Source: Planctomycetaceae bacterium | GTDB taxonomy: Bacteria > Planctomycetota > Phycisphaerae > Phycisphaerales > SM1A02 | Assembly: GCA_947474065.1 (NCBI GenBank) | Contig: CANJHD010000007.1 | Location: forward strand, 2,365 to 66,364 | DNA length: 64,000 nt | Reading direction: 5' to 3' | Shown here: in pieces, positions 19,414 through 28,669 of the stretch | Layout: the number at the start of each line of letters is the position of its first letter | Position numbering within the stretch: the first letter of the stretch is position 1 | The notes under the pieces: generated by a model | Databases searched by the model: none | What the model saw: the letters and a program-made list of their open reading frames with translations, nothing else | Told to the model about the DNA's origin: nothing | Made by a program: the position numbers and the translations under genes

Positions 19414-20499
19414 ATGATTGTGCTGCATGTGATCGCCGGACCAGACATCGGTAAGCAACATGTGCTTCCGGATACCGAGCCACAACTCATTGGACGCAGC
19501 ACCGAGGCGCTGGGATCGATTGATCCAACCGTCAGCAGGCGCCATGCGGAACTGACGCCGTCTGCTGGTCATTGGCACATACGGGACTTGCGGAGTACGC
19601 AGGGAACCTGGGTGAATGGTCAGCGCATTGAAGCCCGCGTGCAATTGCGAGCAGGAGATGTCATTCGCTGTGGTGACACGCAGATGCGTGTTCAAACAAT
19701 GGAACCCGGCGCAGTAACGCCACTGGTAGCCGAAACAGATCCTGCTCGATTGCAGGCGATTGGCGAAACTGTTGCCACCATCAGCCACAGCGTGAAGAAC
19801 ATCCTGCAAGGTCTCCGCGGTGGTGCAGATGCGGTAGAGCTTGCGCTACGCCGTGGCGATGTAGAGATGGCGCGCGAAGGTTGGCCGATCGTTGCTCGAA
19901 ATCTTGATCGCATTTCTTGGCTCGTCATGAACATGCTTGCTTACGCGAAGGATCGCCCGCTGGAGATTGAAGAGACCGACATCGGAGCGGTAGTCCTTGA
20001 AGCGTGCGAGCTGATGAAATCAACTGCTGAGCGCCGCGGTGTTCTATTGACAACACAGATCGATGAGTCAATGCCGCCCGCGCCCATCGATGCGAATGCT
20101 GTCCATCAGGTACTTCTCAACTTGCTTGCAAACGCAGTAGAAGCTGCGCCAGATCGGAGCGGTCGCGTGACTGTGCGATGCTCACTTGATGGCGCGCGTG
20201 GTGTGTTCCGTATTGATGTCAATGACAATGGCGCAGGAGTGCCGACCGAACATCAGCCCCGCTTGTTTGAGGCATTTGCAAGCACAAAGGGCCAGCGCGG
20301 CACAGGGCTCGGACTTGCGGTGGCGCGCGCACTTGTTGAGCGGCACGACGGAACGCTGACCTACTCACCGATTGCGCCGCATGGAACACAGATGCGCGCA
20401 GAATTCCCAGCGGACCGCGGTGATCCAGACTCCGACCGCACCCGCGGACCAGTGCCCGGGAGCCCATCAGACACCGCATGGGACGCAGCAATCGAGTGA
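19414..20499 (+). CDS. FHA domain-histidine kinase fusion
   Basis: FHA motifs IGR, VSRRHA and DLRSTQGTWVNG; H-box ISHSVKNIL; N-box NLLANAVEA; DNGAG and GTGLGL. Confidence 0.9.
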   Translation: MIVLHVIAGPDIGKQHVLPDTEPQLIGRSTEALGSIDPTVSRRHAELTPSAGHWHIRDLRSTQGTWVNGQRIEARVQLRAGDVIRCGDTQMRVQTMEPGAVTPLVAETDPARLQAIGETVATISHSVKNILQGLRGGADAVELALRRGDVEMAREGWPIVARNLDRISWLVMNMLAYAKDRPLEIEETDIGAVVLEACELMKSTAERRGVLLTTQIDESMPPAPIDANAVHQVLLNLLANAVEAAPDRSGRVTVRCSLDGARGVFRIDVNDNGAGVPTEHQPRLFEAFASTKGQRGTGLGLAVARALVERHDGTLTYSPIAPHGTQMRAEFPADRGDPDSDRTRGPVPGSPSDTAWDAAIE

Positions 20500-20555
20500 G
20501 CTGCCCGTTGGCTCATGGTGATTGAGTGACTCCTCGACTCTGACAATTACTGAAC

Positions 20556-21743
20556 TCAGCCCGACAAGGGCGGCGCAAAGTCCTCGCTCTTAGCGCGACG
20601 AGCGAAATGATCCGCGCGCTCCAATGCACACGCGAGTGCCAATTCCACATCACCAACCACACTGCCAAGGGGCATCACCTCAATAAGTCCCGTGCTGCGC
20701 AGTGATTCAAATCGACGCGCGTCCACGCCGGCAATTACCAGCGCACGGCGAGAATGATGCAGGCGCTCGGCAACCGCGCGCAATTCAACGGCGCCATCAA
20801 AGTCCACATCATCAGCGTCACTCAAGTCCAAGATCGCGACATCGATTTCTGGATCCAGCGAGTCCACCCACAGTTGCATGTTGGGCAACCGATGCAATCC
20901 GCCTCTGTGTGAACCGCTGCATCGAAGCCTGAAATAGGCCACATTTCTCGGCAACTCCACTGCAGCACCCTCGGCAACCAGCGTCTCTGGCTCGAGGTCC
21001 GCAATCGGTCTCGAAAGGTCTTGATAAATAACCCACAGCAAGAAGCTGACTGGCGGAATCATCGCCCAACCATGAAGGCGAGGGACGATCATGGCTGCCA
21101 GCCCCGCGCCGAATGCAAAGCTACCGACAATGCTCACTAGTAACACAATCCGATGTCTGTGCGACATTCCGGCTGGAGTCTCGGTGCTTCGCTTGCGGTG
21201 CGGCTCGTGTCGCGAAAGTATGTGCGCAAGTTCCAGACCAAGGTCAGTGATGACGCCCGTGACGTGGGTCGTGCGCACTACGCCGCCAGAGATGCGAGTG
21301 ATTGTGGCATTCTGAAGACCCATAGCAAAGCAGGCGACCGCGGTCGACGCGAACATCGGCGAAGCGACCATCACGATTCCATCTCCATCATGGAAGCGGG
21401 CATGGCGCGCAACAAGGAGACCGAATCCGATCAGCGCGATAGTCTCGATTGCCATTGGGAACACATAGATTGATTTCCAACCGCGCACGCGCGCCGCGTC
21501 CGTTGAAATGCCAGATACCAGCGCACCAGCGAGGAACCAGGTTAGCAACCAGCCAGCAAGGGCCAAGAGCGACAAACGACCATCGCCAACATCGCGCCCA
21601 AATCCAGCGGCAATCCCACTGACGTGTGAAACAGCCGTCCCGCAAGTAATCAGTCCAACGATATTTGTGTATCCCGATACCCACGCCAACGTGATCGCGA
21701 GGCGTGTTTGCTGGCGGAAAGAATGGGCTTGAGCGACGAGCAC
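20556..21743 (-). CDS. YoaK/DUF1275 membrane protein fused to a C-terminal STAS-like domain
   Basis: SHVSG and AMGLQNA...VRTTHVTGVITDLG (DUF1275); ILDLSDADDVDFDG (STAS-like). Confidence 0.8.
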   Translation of the reverse strand: MLVAQAHSFRQQTRLAITLAWVSGYTNIVGLITCGTAVSHVSGIAAGFGRDVGDGRLSLLALAGWLLTWFLAGALVSGISTDAARVRGWKSIYVFPMAIETIALIGFGLLVARHARFHDGDGIVMVASPMFASTAVACFAMGLQNATITRISGGVVRTTHVTGVITDLGLELAHILSRHEPHRKRSTETPAGMSHRHRIVLLVSIVGSFAFGAGLAAMIVPRLHGWAMIPPVSFLLWVIYQDLSRPIADLEPETLVAEGAAVELPRNVAYFRLRCSGSHRGGLHRLPNMQLWVDSLDPEIDVAILDLSDADDVDFDGAVELRAVAERLHHSRRALVIAGVDARRFESLRSTGLIEVMPLGSVVGDVELALACALERADHFARRAKSEDFAPPLSG

Positions 21744-21757
21744 GGTCGGCGGTTACC

Positions 21758-22771
21758 TCACCGGGATGCGAAGTCAGCAGCAGCAGTCGGCACTGTTTCC
21801 ACGATGTTTGTGACAATCTCGTCGGCGCCGCGCCCTTCGGCCTCCGCCTCGAAATTGAGCAACACGCGGTGGCGCAGAGCGGGAAGCGCTACTGCCTTGA
21901 TGTCCTCTGCCGCAACCGTGGCGCGACCGGCCAACAACGCCTTCACCTTGGCACCGAGCACCATCGTCTGTGCGGCGCGCGGACTTGCCCCGAAACGCAA
22001 GAACTGATTCACAAGCGGCGTTGCGAACTGACCCCGCGGATGCGTAGCCAACACCACCCGTACCGCGTAATCCTGCACGGCGTCGGAAATCCGCACGGCG
22101 CGCACTAGTTTTTGGTGGCGAATGATGGTTTCCGCGTCAATGACTTTCTGCGGTTCATCAATAGTTCCTGCAGTAGTACGCGCCAGAATTTCTCGCAAAT
22201 CAGCGCGTGTTGAGTAGCCAACCTCAAGCTTAAAGAAGAATCGGTCGAGCTGCGCTTCGGGCAGTGGGTAGGTGCCCTCTTGCTCGATTGGATTCTGCGT
22301 TGCCATCACAAAGAACGGCTTGTCGAGTTGATGGGTAGTGCCACCAACAGTCACACTGCGTTCCTGCATTGCTTCAAGCATCGCGCTCTGCGTCTTCGGT
22401 GTAGCGCGATTGATTTCATCTGCAAGCACAATTTGCGCGAACAGTGGACCCTTACGAAACTGGAAATCACGACCGGACGGTGTTTCCACCACGATGGTCG
22501 TACCAGTGACATCGGCCGGCATGAGATCGGGCGTGAACTGGATGCGGCCAAACTTTAATTGCAGCGCCTGCGCGAGGCTACGAATTAACAGCGTCTTGCC
22601 GAGTCCGGGTACGCCCTCAAGCAGCGCATGCCCGCCGGCAAAGAGGCACACCAGAATGCCGTCGATGATTTCTTCGTGACCGACGATGGCCTTTTGCACC
22701 TCTTTCTTTACGCGATCATGGTCGGCGCGGAAAGTAGCGATGAGAGCTTCGGTTTGTTGTGGGTCGGCCAT
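21758..22771 (-). CDS. MoxR-family AAA+ ATPase
   Basis: GVPGLGKT, RIQFTPDLMPAD, DEINRATPKTQSA and ATQNPIEQEGTYPLPEAQLDRF. Confidence 0.95.
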   Translation of the reverse strand: MADPQQTEALIATFRADHDRVKKEVQKAIVGHEEIIDGILVCLFAGGHALLEGVPGLGKTLLIRSLAQALQLKFGRIQFTPDLMPADVTGTTIVVETPSGRDFQFRKGPLFAQIVLADEINRATPKTQSAMLEAMQERSVTVGGTTHQLDKPFFVMATQNPIEQEGTYPLPEAQLDRFFFKLEVGYSTRADLREILARTTAGTIDEPQKVIDAETIIRHQKLVRAVRISDAVQDYAVRVVLATHPRGQFATPLVNQFLRFGASPRAAQTMVLGAKVKALLAGRATVAAEDIKAVALPALRHRVLLNFEAEAEGRGADEIVTNIVETVPTAAADFASR

Positions 22772-22905
22772 GGGATTCTCTGTAGACCTACACATCGTAA
22801 GCCCGGGGGGCGATCAACGATGTTCCTTTGGAATATGCGGACGAAAGTGCCGCTGGCGGGGTGGCGCGCAACTACGCTCCCCGCTGGCCGCTCAGTGCGC
22901 GGCTC

Positions 22906-23035
22906 TTTGGACTTTGGAGGAATGCGGTCAAATTCCGCAGCGAATGCGTCACCGTAGGCCGTACCCGCGTGGGTTCGAGCGAGCCGGGTCGACCGAAGTC
23001 CGAATGAAACGTCGATTTCCTGCGCACATCAGGAA
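22906..23035 (+). ncRNA. Cobalamin (B12) riboswitch, compact type
   Basis: Closing stem GGACTTTGG(22909-17)/CCGAAGTCC(22993-23001); AGGAA followed by T-loop hairpin TGCGG-TCAAATT-CCGCA; CACCGTA; B12-box-like GAGCCGGGTCGACC; downstream hairpin TTCCTG/CAGGAA next to the RBS. Confidence 0.75.
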
Positions 23036-23048
23036 TGAAGGATCGCGA

Positions 23049-23576
23049 ATGCTTTCGAAGCACCGGACATTGTCCATCGCTGCGTCACTCGCAGCAGTCG
23101 TTCTTACTCAGTCAAACGCCGTTGCGGGGCTCGTCGCCAACTATCAGGTCGGCACGGGAGCGAACGCGTCTGCCATACAAGTGGATTTCAGCAACGGCAA
23201 CGCCTATGAGATCACCATCCACTGGGACACACCGCTCAACGGGTTCGATGGTCTGCTGACGGCAACGCAGTCCATAAGCGGCGCATCGATTGTGTACGAC
23301 GTCTACTCATTCGGTAACTTTGTGACAGGCATCAACCTTGGCGCCGACTACGAATACGGCAACGGCGATCTCTGGCCCGTCGAGAACTACTGGCACTACT
23401 GGACACAGGTCAACGGCGCATGGGAGATGGCCATGTTCGGTGCAACTGATCGAATGCTCAGTAACGGTAGCGCGGACGCTTGGGTGTTCGGTTCGAGCGA
23501 CGCACCGCAGACCGTGCCAGGGCCGGGCTTGGCAGTCTTTGCGCTCTTGATGTTGCGCCGCCGCGACCGCCACTGA
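23049..23576 (+). CDS. Secreted PEP-CTERM-type surface protein, transcobalamin C-terminal/DUF4430-like (putative B12 binding)
   Basis: Signal peptide; SFGNFVTGIN...YWHYW...NGAW...GA...NGSADAWVF pattern; C-terminal VPGPG + hydrophobic stretch + RRR; lies under a B12 riboswitch. Confidence 0.7.
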   Translation: MLSKHRTLSIAASLAAVVLTQSNAVAGLVANYQVGTGANASAIQVDFSNGNAYEITIHWDTPLNGFDGLLTATQSISGASIVYDVYSFGNFVTGINLGADYEYGNGDLWPVENYWHYWTQVNGAWEMAMFGATDRMLSNGSADAWVFGSSDAPQTVPGPGLAVFALLMLRRRDRH

Positions 23577-23610
23577 GAGGCGCGGCTACTACGCGTTCAC
23601 GCGTTACTAC

Positions 23611-23649
23611 GAAAGAAACTGCCCGCGCCGTCAGGACGGCGCGGGCAGT
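23611..23649 (-). terminator. Intrinsic terminator of the clpP operon (possibly bidirectional)
   Basis: Perfect stem ACTGCCCGCGCCGT/ACGGCGCGGGCAGT (23618-23649), followed on the - strand by a TTCTTTC tract. Confidence 0.8.
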
Positions 23650-23678
23650 AATTCGTGACACCTTATCCAGGAACGGAT

Positions 23679-24275
23679 TTACTTCCCGGGCAACCGATCG
23701 AGGACCTTGTCGATCAGCCCATAAGCGAGCATTTCCGGGGCATTCAGCCACTTATCGCGGTCACAGTCATTGTGAATAGTCTCGCGAGTCTGCCCAGTGT
23801 TGTCGCTGTAAAGCGAGTACAGCTTGTCACGCAGGCGCAAGATGTGTTTCGCATGGATCTCAAGATCCGTTGCCTGCCCCTCGATGACTCCGCCAATCAA
23901 TGGCTGGTGCATCAGATTCTCAGCATGCGGCAGCGCGAAGCGACGACCCTTGGTGCCGCTGCAAGCGATCACACTGCCCATACTGGCAGCCTGCCCAATG
24001 ATGTATGTCGCCACTGGGCATGGCACAAATCGCATGGTGTCAACAATTCCAAGACCAGCGCTAACGCTGCCACCTGGACTATTGACATACATGCTGACCT
24101 CCGCCTTCGGATCCTCATTAGCAAGGAACAGAAGCTGCGCCACCACCAAATTCGCCATCGTGTCCGAGACGCCGCCGCCTAGGAAGATGATGCGATCATT
24201 CAGGAGGCGACTATAGATGTCGTAGGCGCGCTCGCCGCGACCGGTTTTTTCAATGACGATGGGGATCAATGTCAT
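23679..24275 (-). CDS. clpP: ATP-dependent Clp protease proteolytic subunit (paralog 3 in operon order)
   Basis: [26 protein letters not shown] (Ser), MHQP (His) and DRDKW (Asp). Confidence 0.95.
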   Translation of the reverse strand: MTLIPIVIEKTGRGERAYDIYSRLLNDRIIFLGGGVSDTMANLVVAQLLFLANEDPKAEVSMYVNSPGGSVSAGLGIVDTMRFVPCPVATYIIGQAASMGSVIACSGTKGRRFALPHAENLMHQPLIGGVIEGQATDLEIHAKHILRLRDKLYSLYSDNTGQTRETIHNDCDRDKWLNAPEMLAYGLIDKVLDRLPGK

Positions 24276-24293
24276 GGTGTTCGTATTCCTATC

Positions 24294-25067
24294 TCACTGC
24301 GCCGGATGCGGCGCCACAGGCATGCGTTCGATGATTCGGTCAATGAGTCCGTACTCAAGCATTTCTTGGGAATTGAGCCACATATCGCGCTCGCAATCGG
24401 CGGCGATCTTCTCCATGGAGTGGCCAGTTGCCTCGGCATAGAGATTGTTGCAAACATCTTCAATGCGCTGCATCTGCCGTGCGAAGATCTCGAGGTCAGT
24501 TGCCTGACCCTCAAATCCGCCAATGCGACCTTGATGGACCAAGTTCTCCGCGTTGCGCAATGCAAAGCGACGACCCTTTGCCCCACAACAGGCGATCACA
24601 CTGGCCATACTCGCGGCTTGGCCGACGATAAACGTCGATACCGGGCAGGTCACCGAACGCATCGTGTCAATGATTGCCAGCCCGTCGGAGATTGATCCAC
24701 CGGGGCTGTTGATGTACATGCTGATCTCAGCAGTGGGATCTTCGTTCCAAAGGAACAACAGTTGTGCCGTGACCACCTGCGCGAGCGGGCGAGAAATTGG
24801 CGCACCCACAAAGATGACGCGATCACGCAGAAGCCGACTGTAGAGGTCTACTAATTCCTCGCTCTTGCCACGCTTGTCGACCACGAGCGGCACCGAAATC
24901 CAGCGCGGCTCATCGTCATCATCTTCGTCGCGGCGAGGATCAGCGCCTGGATCAGCATGATTCGAGGTAATCGACCACACATCCGAGAGCCACTCCGCAC
25001 TCGAAGAGATCGGGCTAGCCAACATCGGCGTGGCGGACATTAAGTTGAGCAACTCCGCTCGCGTCAA
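24294..25067 (-). CDS. clpP: Clp protease proteolytic subunit with N-terminal extension (paralog 2)
   Basis: DLYSRLLRDRVIF, NSPGG, GQAASMA, VHQ and ERDMW. Start is TTG 25067 or ATG 25040. Confidence 0.9.
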   Translation of the reverse strand: MTRAELLNLMSATPMLASPISSSAEWLSDVWSITSNHADPGADPRRDEDDDDEPRWISVPLVVDKRGKSEELVDLYSRLLRDRVIFVGAPISRPLAQVVTAQLLFLWNEDPTAEISMYINSPGGSISDGLAIIDTMRSVTCPVSTFIVGQAASMASVIACCGAKGRRFALRNAENLVHQGRIGGFEGQATDLEIFARQMQRIEDVCNNLYAEATGHSMEKIAADCERDMWLNSQEMLEYGLIDRIIERMPVAPHPAQ

Positions 25068-25759
25068 CGCTTGCCCTTCTCTGGGAAGGTCGCCACTTCG
25101 TCAACCAAACCGTAGGCCTTGGCCTCTTCTGCATTGAAATACTTATCGCGCTCAGCATCCTTGGTCACCGTCTCAACAGGCTGACCAGTGTGCTTGGCAA
25201 GAATCTCATTCAGCTGACGCTTCATCTTGAGAATCATTTCGGCCTGGATCTGAATGTCCGAGGTCTGGCCGTACACGCCGCCGTGTGGCTGGTGAATCAT
25301 CACCTTGGCATGCGGCAGAATGATGCGCTTGCCCTTCTGACCAACGGCCAAGAGCACTGCTCCGCCGGAATACGCGCGACCGATGCAATAGGTGCCCACC
25401 TCGCTGGAGATGAACTGCATGGTGTCGTAAATGGCGAGCGTGTCATCAACAGCTCCGCCGGGACTATTGATATAGAAGTTGATGTCTTGGCCACGCTTCT
25501 GGCTTTCCAAGTACAGCATCTGCATCATCACCCGCGCCGCGGAGGCGTGATTGATTTCGCCGATAAGGAAGACCACCCGATTCTCCAAGAGGAGTTCATC
25601 GATGGTCATCTCGCGGGTGCGCTGGTAGGAAGTGCTAGCGAGGGTCTCCGGGCGAATCATGTCTCGACCGATACCAGCTGCTGCCAGCGTGTTCGGTGAA
25701 GCCATCATTCCGCCATGGATGCCGTTTGGGTAGTGGCCGGTCGGGAGGTTCAGTTGCAT
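25064..25759 (-). CDS. clpP: Clp protease proteolytic subunit (paralog 1)
   Basis: LLENRVVFL, NSPGG, GRAYSGG, MIHQP and ERDKYF. Confidence 0.93.
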   Translation of the reverse strand: MQLNLPTGHYPNGIHGGMMASPNTLAAAGIGRDMIRPETLASTSYQRTREMTIDELLLENRVVFLIGEINHASAARVMMQMLYLESQKRGQDINFYINSPGGAVDDTLAIYDTMQFISSEVGTYCIGRAYSGGAVLLAVGQKGKRIILPHAKVMIHQPHGGVYGQTSDIQIQAEMILKMKRQLNEILAKHTGQPVETVTKDAERDKYFNAEEAKAYGLVDEVATFPEKGKR

Positions 25760-25934
25760 GCGATCCTCAATATGGAACCCGAGGGAATCCGCGGGGGACG
25801 GGAATCATAGTCCGCGTCCGGGGGCTACATCGGCGATTCGGGGGCGCAACATGCATCTCTCCGGGCAGATCTGGGCACCAATTGAATGACCCCGGCCCGC
25901 ATGCACCGATCCGGGGGGAACTTACGATGCGAGG

Positions 25935-27179
25935 ATGCACAGCGAAGCCACCACCGGCGGAATATTTACCGCAACCATCGCCGCGATCACGCTGGCGATC
26001 GGTCTGTCAGCGACAAACCCCGCGTGGTGCCAAGATCCATCGTTGACCCCACCCAACTCGGCTGAACCGCGGCCGGTGAAACCTGCTGCCGCGCCGGTCG
26101 CTCAGAAGTCCGCATCACCATCGACGATTCCTGCAAATCCAACGCCCGCGACAAAGGCAACTCCTGCGGTACCTCCGGCGCCTGCAGCGGCCACTGTCGC
26201 AACACCCAATCCAACGCCTTCTGCAGCGGCAGTGACTCCGACCGCCGCGGGACCAGCCCCAACGTCTGCACCGACCGCACCCGTACCTCCACCCGCTTCC
26301 GAAGCCGCCGCCTCGCCGCCTGTGGTGATTGAGCGCGGCGATGATCACCCTGCCCGCTCCGCTGGCATTGGCTACATCCACCAATTCAGTGCTGATGTCG
26401 GGGACAACGCCAGTATGGGAGCTGATCGTTTCTATGGAAGCTTTTCATCGCGCGTCTACAGTTCCGACGATCTCAATGTCACCGTTGCTATGGGTTATGA
26501 ATACGACTGGTATCACTGGAGCGGCGTCTCCGAACTCGGCGTTTCGGATCCATTCGGCAGCGTGAACCTCTTCGGTCTACAGGCGCGCGGCAGCTTTAAA
26601 GTGGCAGACGAATGGACGGCATCGCTCGGTGGCATCTTCGCTATCGCCGGCGAATCCGATGCCGACGCCGGAGACAGTTTGTATGGCGGGGGGATCGCCA
26701 GCATTGCTTGGACTCCAACAGCAAACATGATGCTCGGTATCGGCGTCCTCGGCGTGACACAGATCGAGAATGACCCGATCATCATCCCGATCCCCGTGCT
26801 GCACTGGCACTTTGCCGATGATTGGCTGCTTTCCACCATTCGTCGCCCACCAGCGAGCCCGTTCGTTGGCGTCGATGTTGCCTGGGAACCCGAAGGCTCC
26901 AAGATGGATGTTGCCTTCGGAATTGGCTGGCAATTGCGCCGATTCCGCCTCGGAACAAATAGCGATCCCACTATTAATAATGGCGTCGGCGAGGACCAAA
27001 GTTGGGCCGCATTCGTCACCGTTGGCTACGACTTCACGCCCACCTGTCGCGTCGACATGCTTGTTGGAACAACGTTCTACGAGCAGTTGCAAGTCGAAAC
27101 GTCCAACGGCTCAAATGCCCGCAGCACCACCGTTGATCCCAACGCACTGCTCGGCGCATTTCTCACTGTGACTTTCTGA
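25935..27179 (+). CDS. Outer-membrane beta-barrel protein with Pro/Ala-rich N-terminus
   Basis: Signal peptide, ~95-aa P/A/T linker, alternating amphipathic strands and terminal Phe (LTVTF). Confidence 0.7.
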   Translation: MHSEATTGGIFTATIAAITLAIGLSATNPAWCQDPSLTPPNSAEPRPVKPAAAPVAQKSASPSTIPANPTPATKATPAVPPAPAAATVATPNPTPSAAAVTPTAAGPAPTSAPTAPVPPPASEAAASPPVVIERGDDHPARSAGIGYIHQFSADVGDNASMGADRFYGSFSSRVYSSDDLNVTVAMGYEYDWYHWSGVSELGVSDPFGSVNLFGLQARGSFKVADEWTASLGGIFAIAGESDADAGDSLYGGGIASIAWTPTANMMLGIGVLGVTQIENDPIIIPIPVLHWHFADDWLLSTIRRPPASPFVGVDVAWEPEGSKMDVAFGIGWQLRRFRLGTNSDPTINNGVGEDQSWAAFVTVGYDFTPTCRVDMLVGTTFYEQLQVETSNGSNARSTTVDPNALLGAFLTVTF

Positions 27180-27190
27180 TTCGCGCCCAT

Positions 27191-28669
27191 TCACGCCTCG
27201 CATATCTCTCCGCGATCAACAAACGCGAGGACTGCGCTGACCGCGTCAGGAGCGAGGTCAAACATGGCCGCAAGCGCGCGGCGGTACCCCTCCATCTGCA
27301 ATCGATAGGGCGCGATCCGTTCTTGGAATTCCGCCCCGCGTAAATCACGCGCGCCGGTCTTCCAATCGACCACCTCAGCACGCACCACGCGTCCACCCTG
27401 CATGCCGAGCACAACGCGATCCATACGCCCGCGCTGAATACGACCATCAATCTGCACTACAAACGGCATCTCGCTCCGTACCGCAAGTGCATCGCAACGC
27501 CACGACGCGTACCGCGCCGGTCGCAAGCATTCACCAAGCGGACCCTGCGCAGCGGACATCACCAAGGCGCGCACCGATGCGCCCAAGACCGCATCAACTG
27601 GTCGTCCAATCTCTACTGCTACCGCACGCAAGACCTGCAGCTCCGATCTTGGGTCGATACCGTCAGCACCCAGCCATTCCACATGCTCAAACCATGCGTG
27701 AGCGAGCGAGCCCCGCGCGCCGTCATCGGCACCGGTGAACTCCGCCTCAAAGAGCGGAACGCCACCTGCACCAAGGCGCTCATGCGAACTCGGCGCGGGA
27801 CCACCGCGTGCACCCGGGCGCGCAATGCGCTCCACCGCGGGCACGGGCGACACTGCAAGAACTTCCGCCCGCGCGGGTGGTGAAGTGCCTTGGTCGTGCA
27901 CCGCAACTTCACCGCGTACTGCATCTGCACCGCGCTCCCAGAATCGTTCATTGACTATCTTCGTTGCTCGCAGCGCTGCTTCAAATTCCGGGAACGCCAA
28001 TCGCATGATCCGCGTTCCACTCAGACGCATGGTGTCTGAAACTGTCGGCGGCGCGCACACCAAGTGCAGCGCCTCACGAGCGCGGGTGACACCCACATAG
28101 AAGGACGACACATCGTCAAAGATACGCCCCACTTCCGCCTCGCGACGGAATGCCTCGAGGATCGGGGAGTACTCCATGATTGGACCTGCCAGCACTGGAG
28201 CAATGGCGATCGGTGCCTGCGTTGGATCAGGCGCAAGTACAGACCACTTACCAGCGCCGCCATCAACAGTACCCATCGCGCGGTCCATGCTGCCAAGGAC
28301 TACCTCGTCAAACTCAAGACCTTTGCTTGCGTGGATCGTCATAACGCGAACACGCTCGCTGGCCGCAGCGCGCACCCCGCGCGATTCAACACTCCGTACA
28401 AAGTGCCCGGGCCGAGCAACATCCGCCGCGTCGGCGTCATGAGCCATCGCCGAAAGTTGGCTCAGACGCTGCAAATCACGCGCTGAACACACTGACCGAA
28501 GTCGTTCAATCGTCCGATCAATCCAGTCAGGCAATCCATCCGCGTGCAAAGCGCGACGCACATGCGCCGAGATACGGTCCGCCTCACTGCGTTGCGCAGC
28601 GCCCCGCCAAATGTTTCCATCGCCGCAAAGCCCAAGATGGAAGCCACCGGCTCGCGACTGACTATCCAA
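27191..28669 (-). CDS. addA: AddA/RecB-like helicase-nuclease, C-terminal part (frameshifted)
   Basis: MTIHASKGLEFD, YVGVTRARE and nuclease GRMDR...VDWKTG...Y..QM..Y. The frame is open across the junction at ~28600. Confidence 0.8.
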   Translation of the reverse strand: MDSQSRAGGFHLGLCGDGNIWRGAAQRSEADRISAHVRRALHADGLPDWIDRTIERLRSVCSARDLQRLSQLSAMAHDADAADVARPGHFVRSVESRGVRAAASERVRVMTIHASKGLEFDEVVLGSMDRAMGTVDGGAGKWSVLAPDPTQAPIAIAPVLAGPIMEYSPILEAFRREAEVGRIFDDVSSFYVGVTRAREALHLVCAPPTVSDTMRLSGTRIMRLAFPEFEAALRATKIVNERFWERGADAVRGEVAVHDQGTSPPARAEVLAVSPVPAVERIARPGARGGPAPSSHERLGAGGVPLFEAEFTGADDGARGSLAHAWFEHVEWLGADGIDPRSELQVLRAVAVEIGRPVDAVLGASVRALVMSAAQGPLGECLRPARYASWRCDALAVRSEMPFVVQIDGRIQRGRMDRVVLGMQGGRVVRAEVVDWKTGARDLRGAEFQERIAPYRLQMEGYRRALAAMFDLAPDAVSAVLAFVDRGEICEA

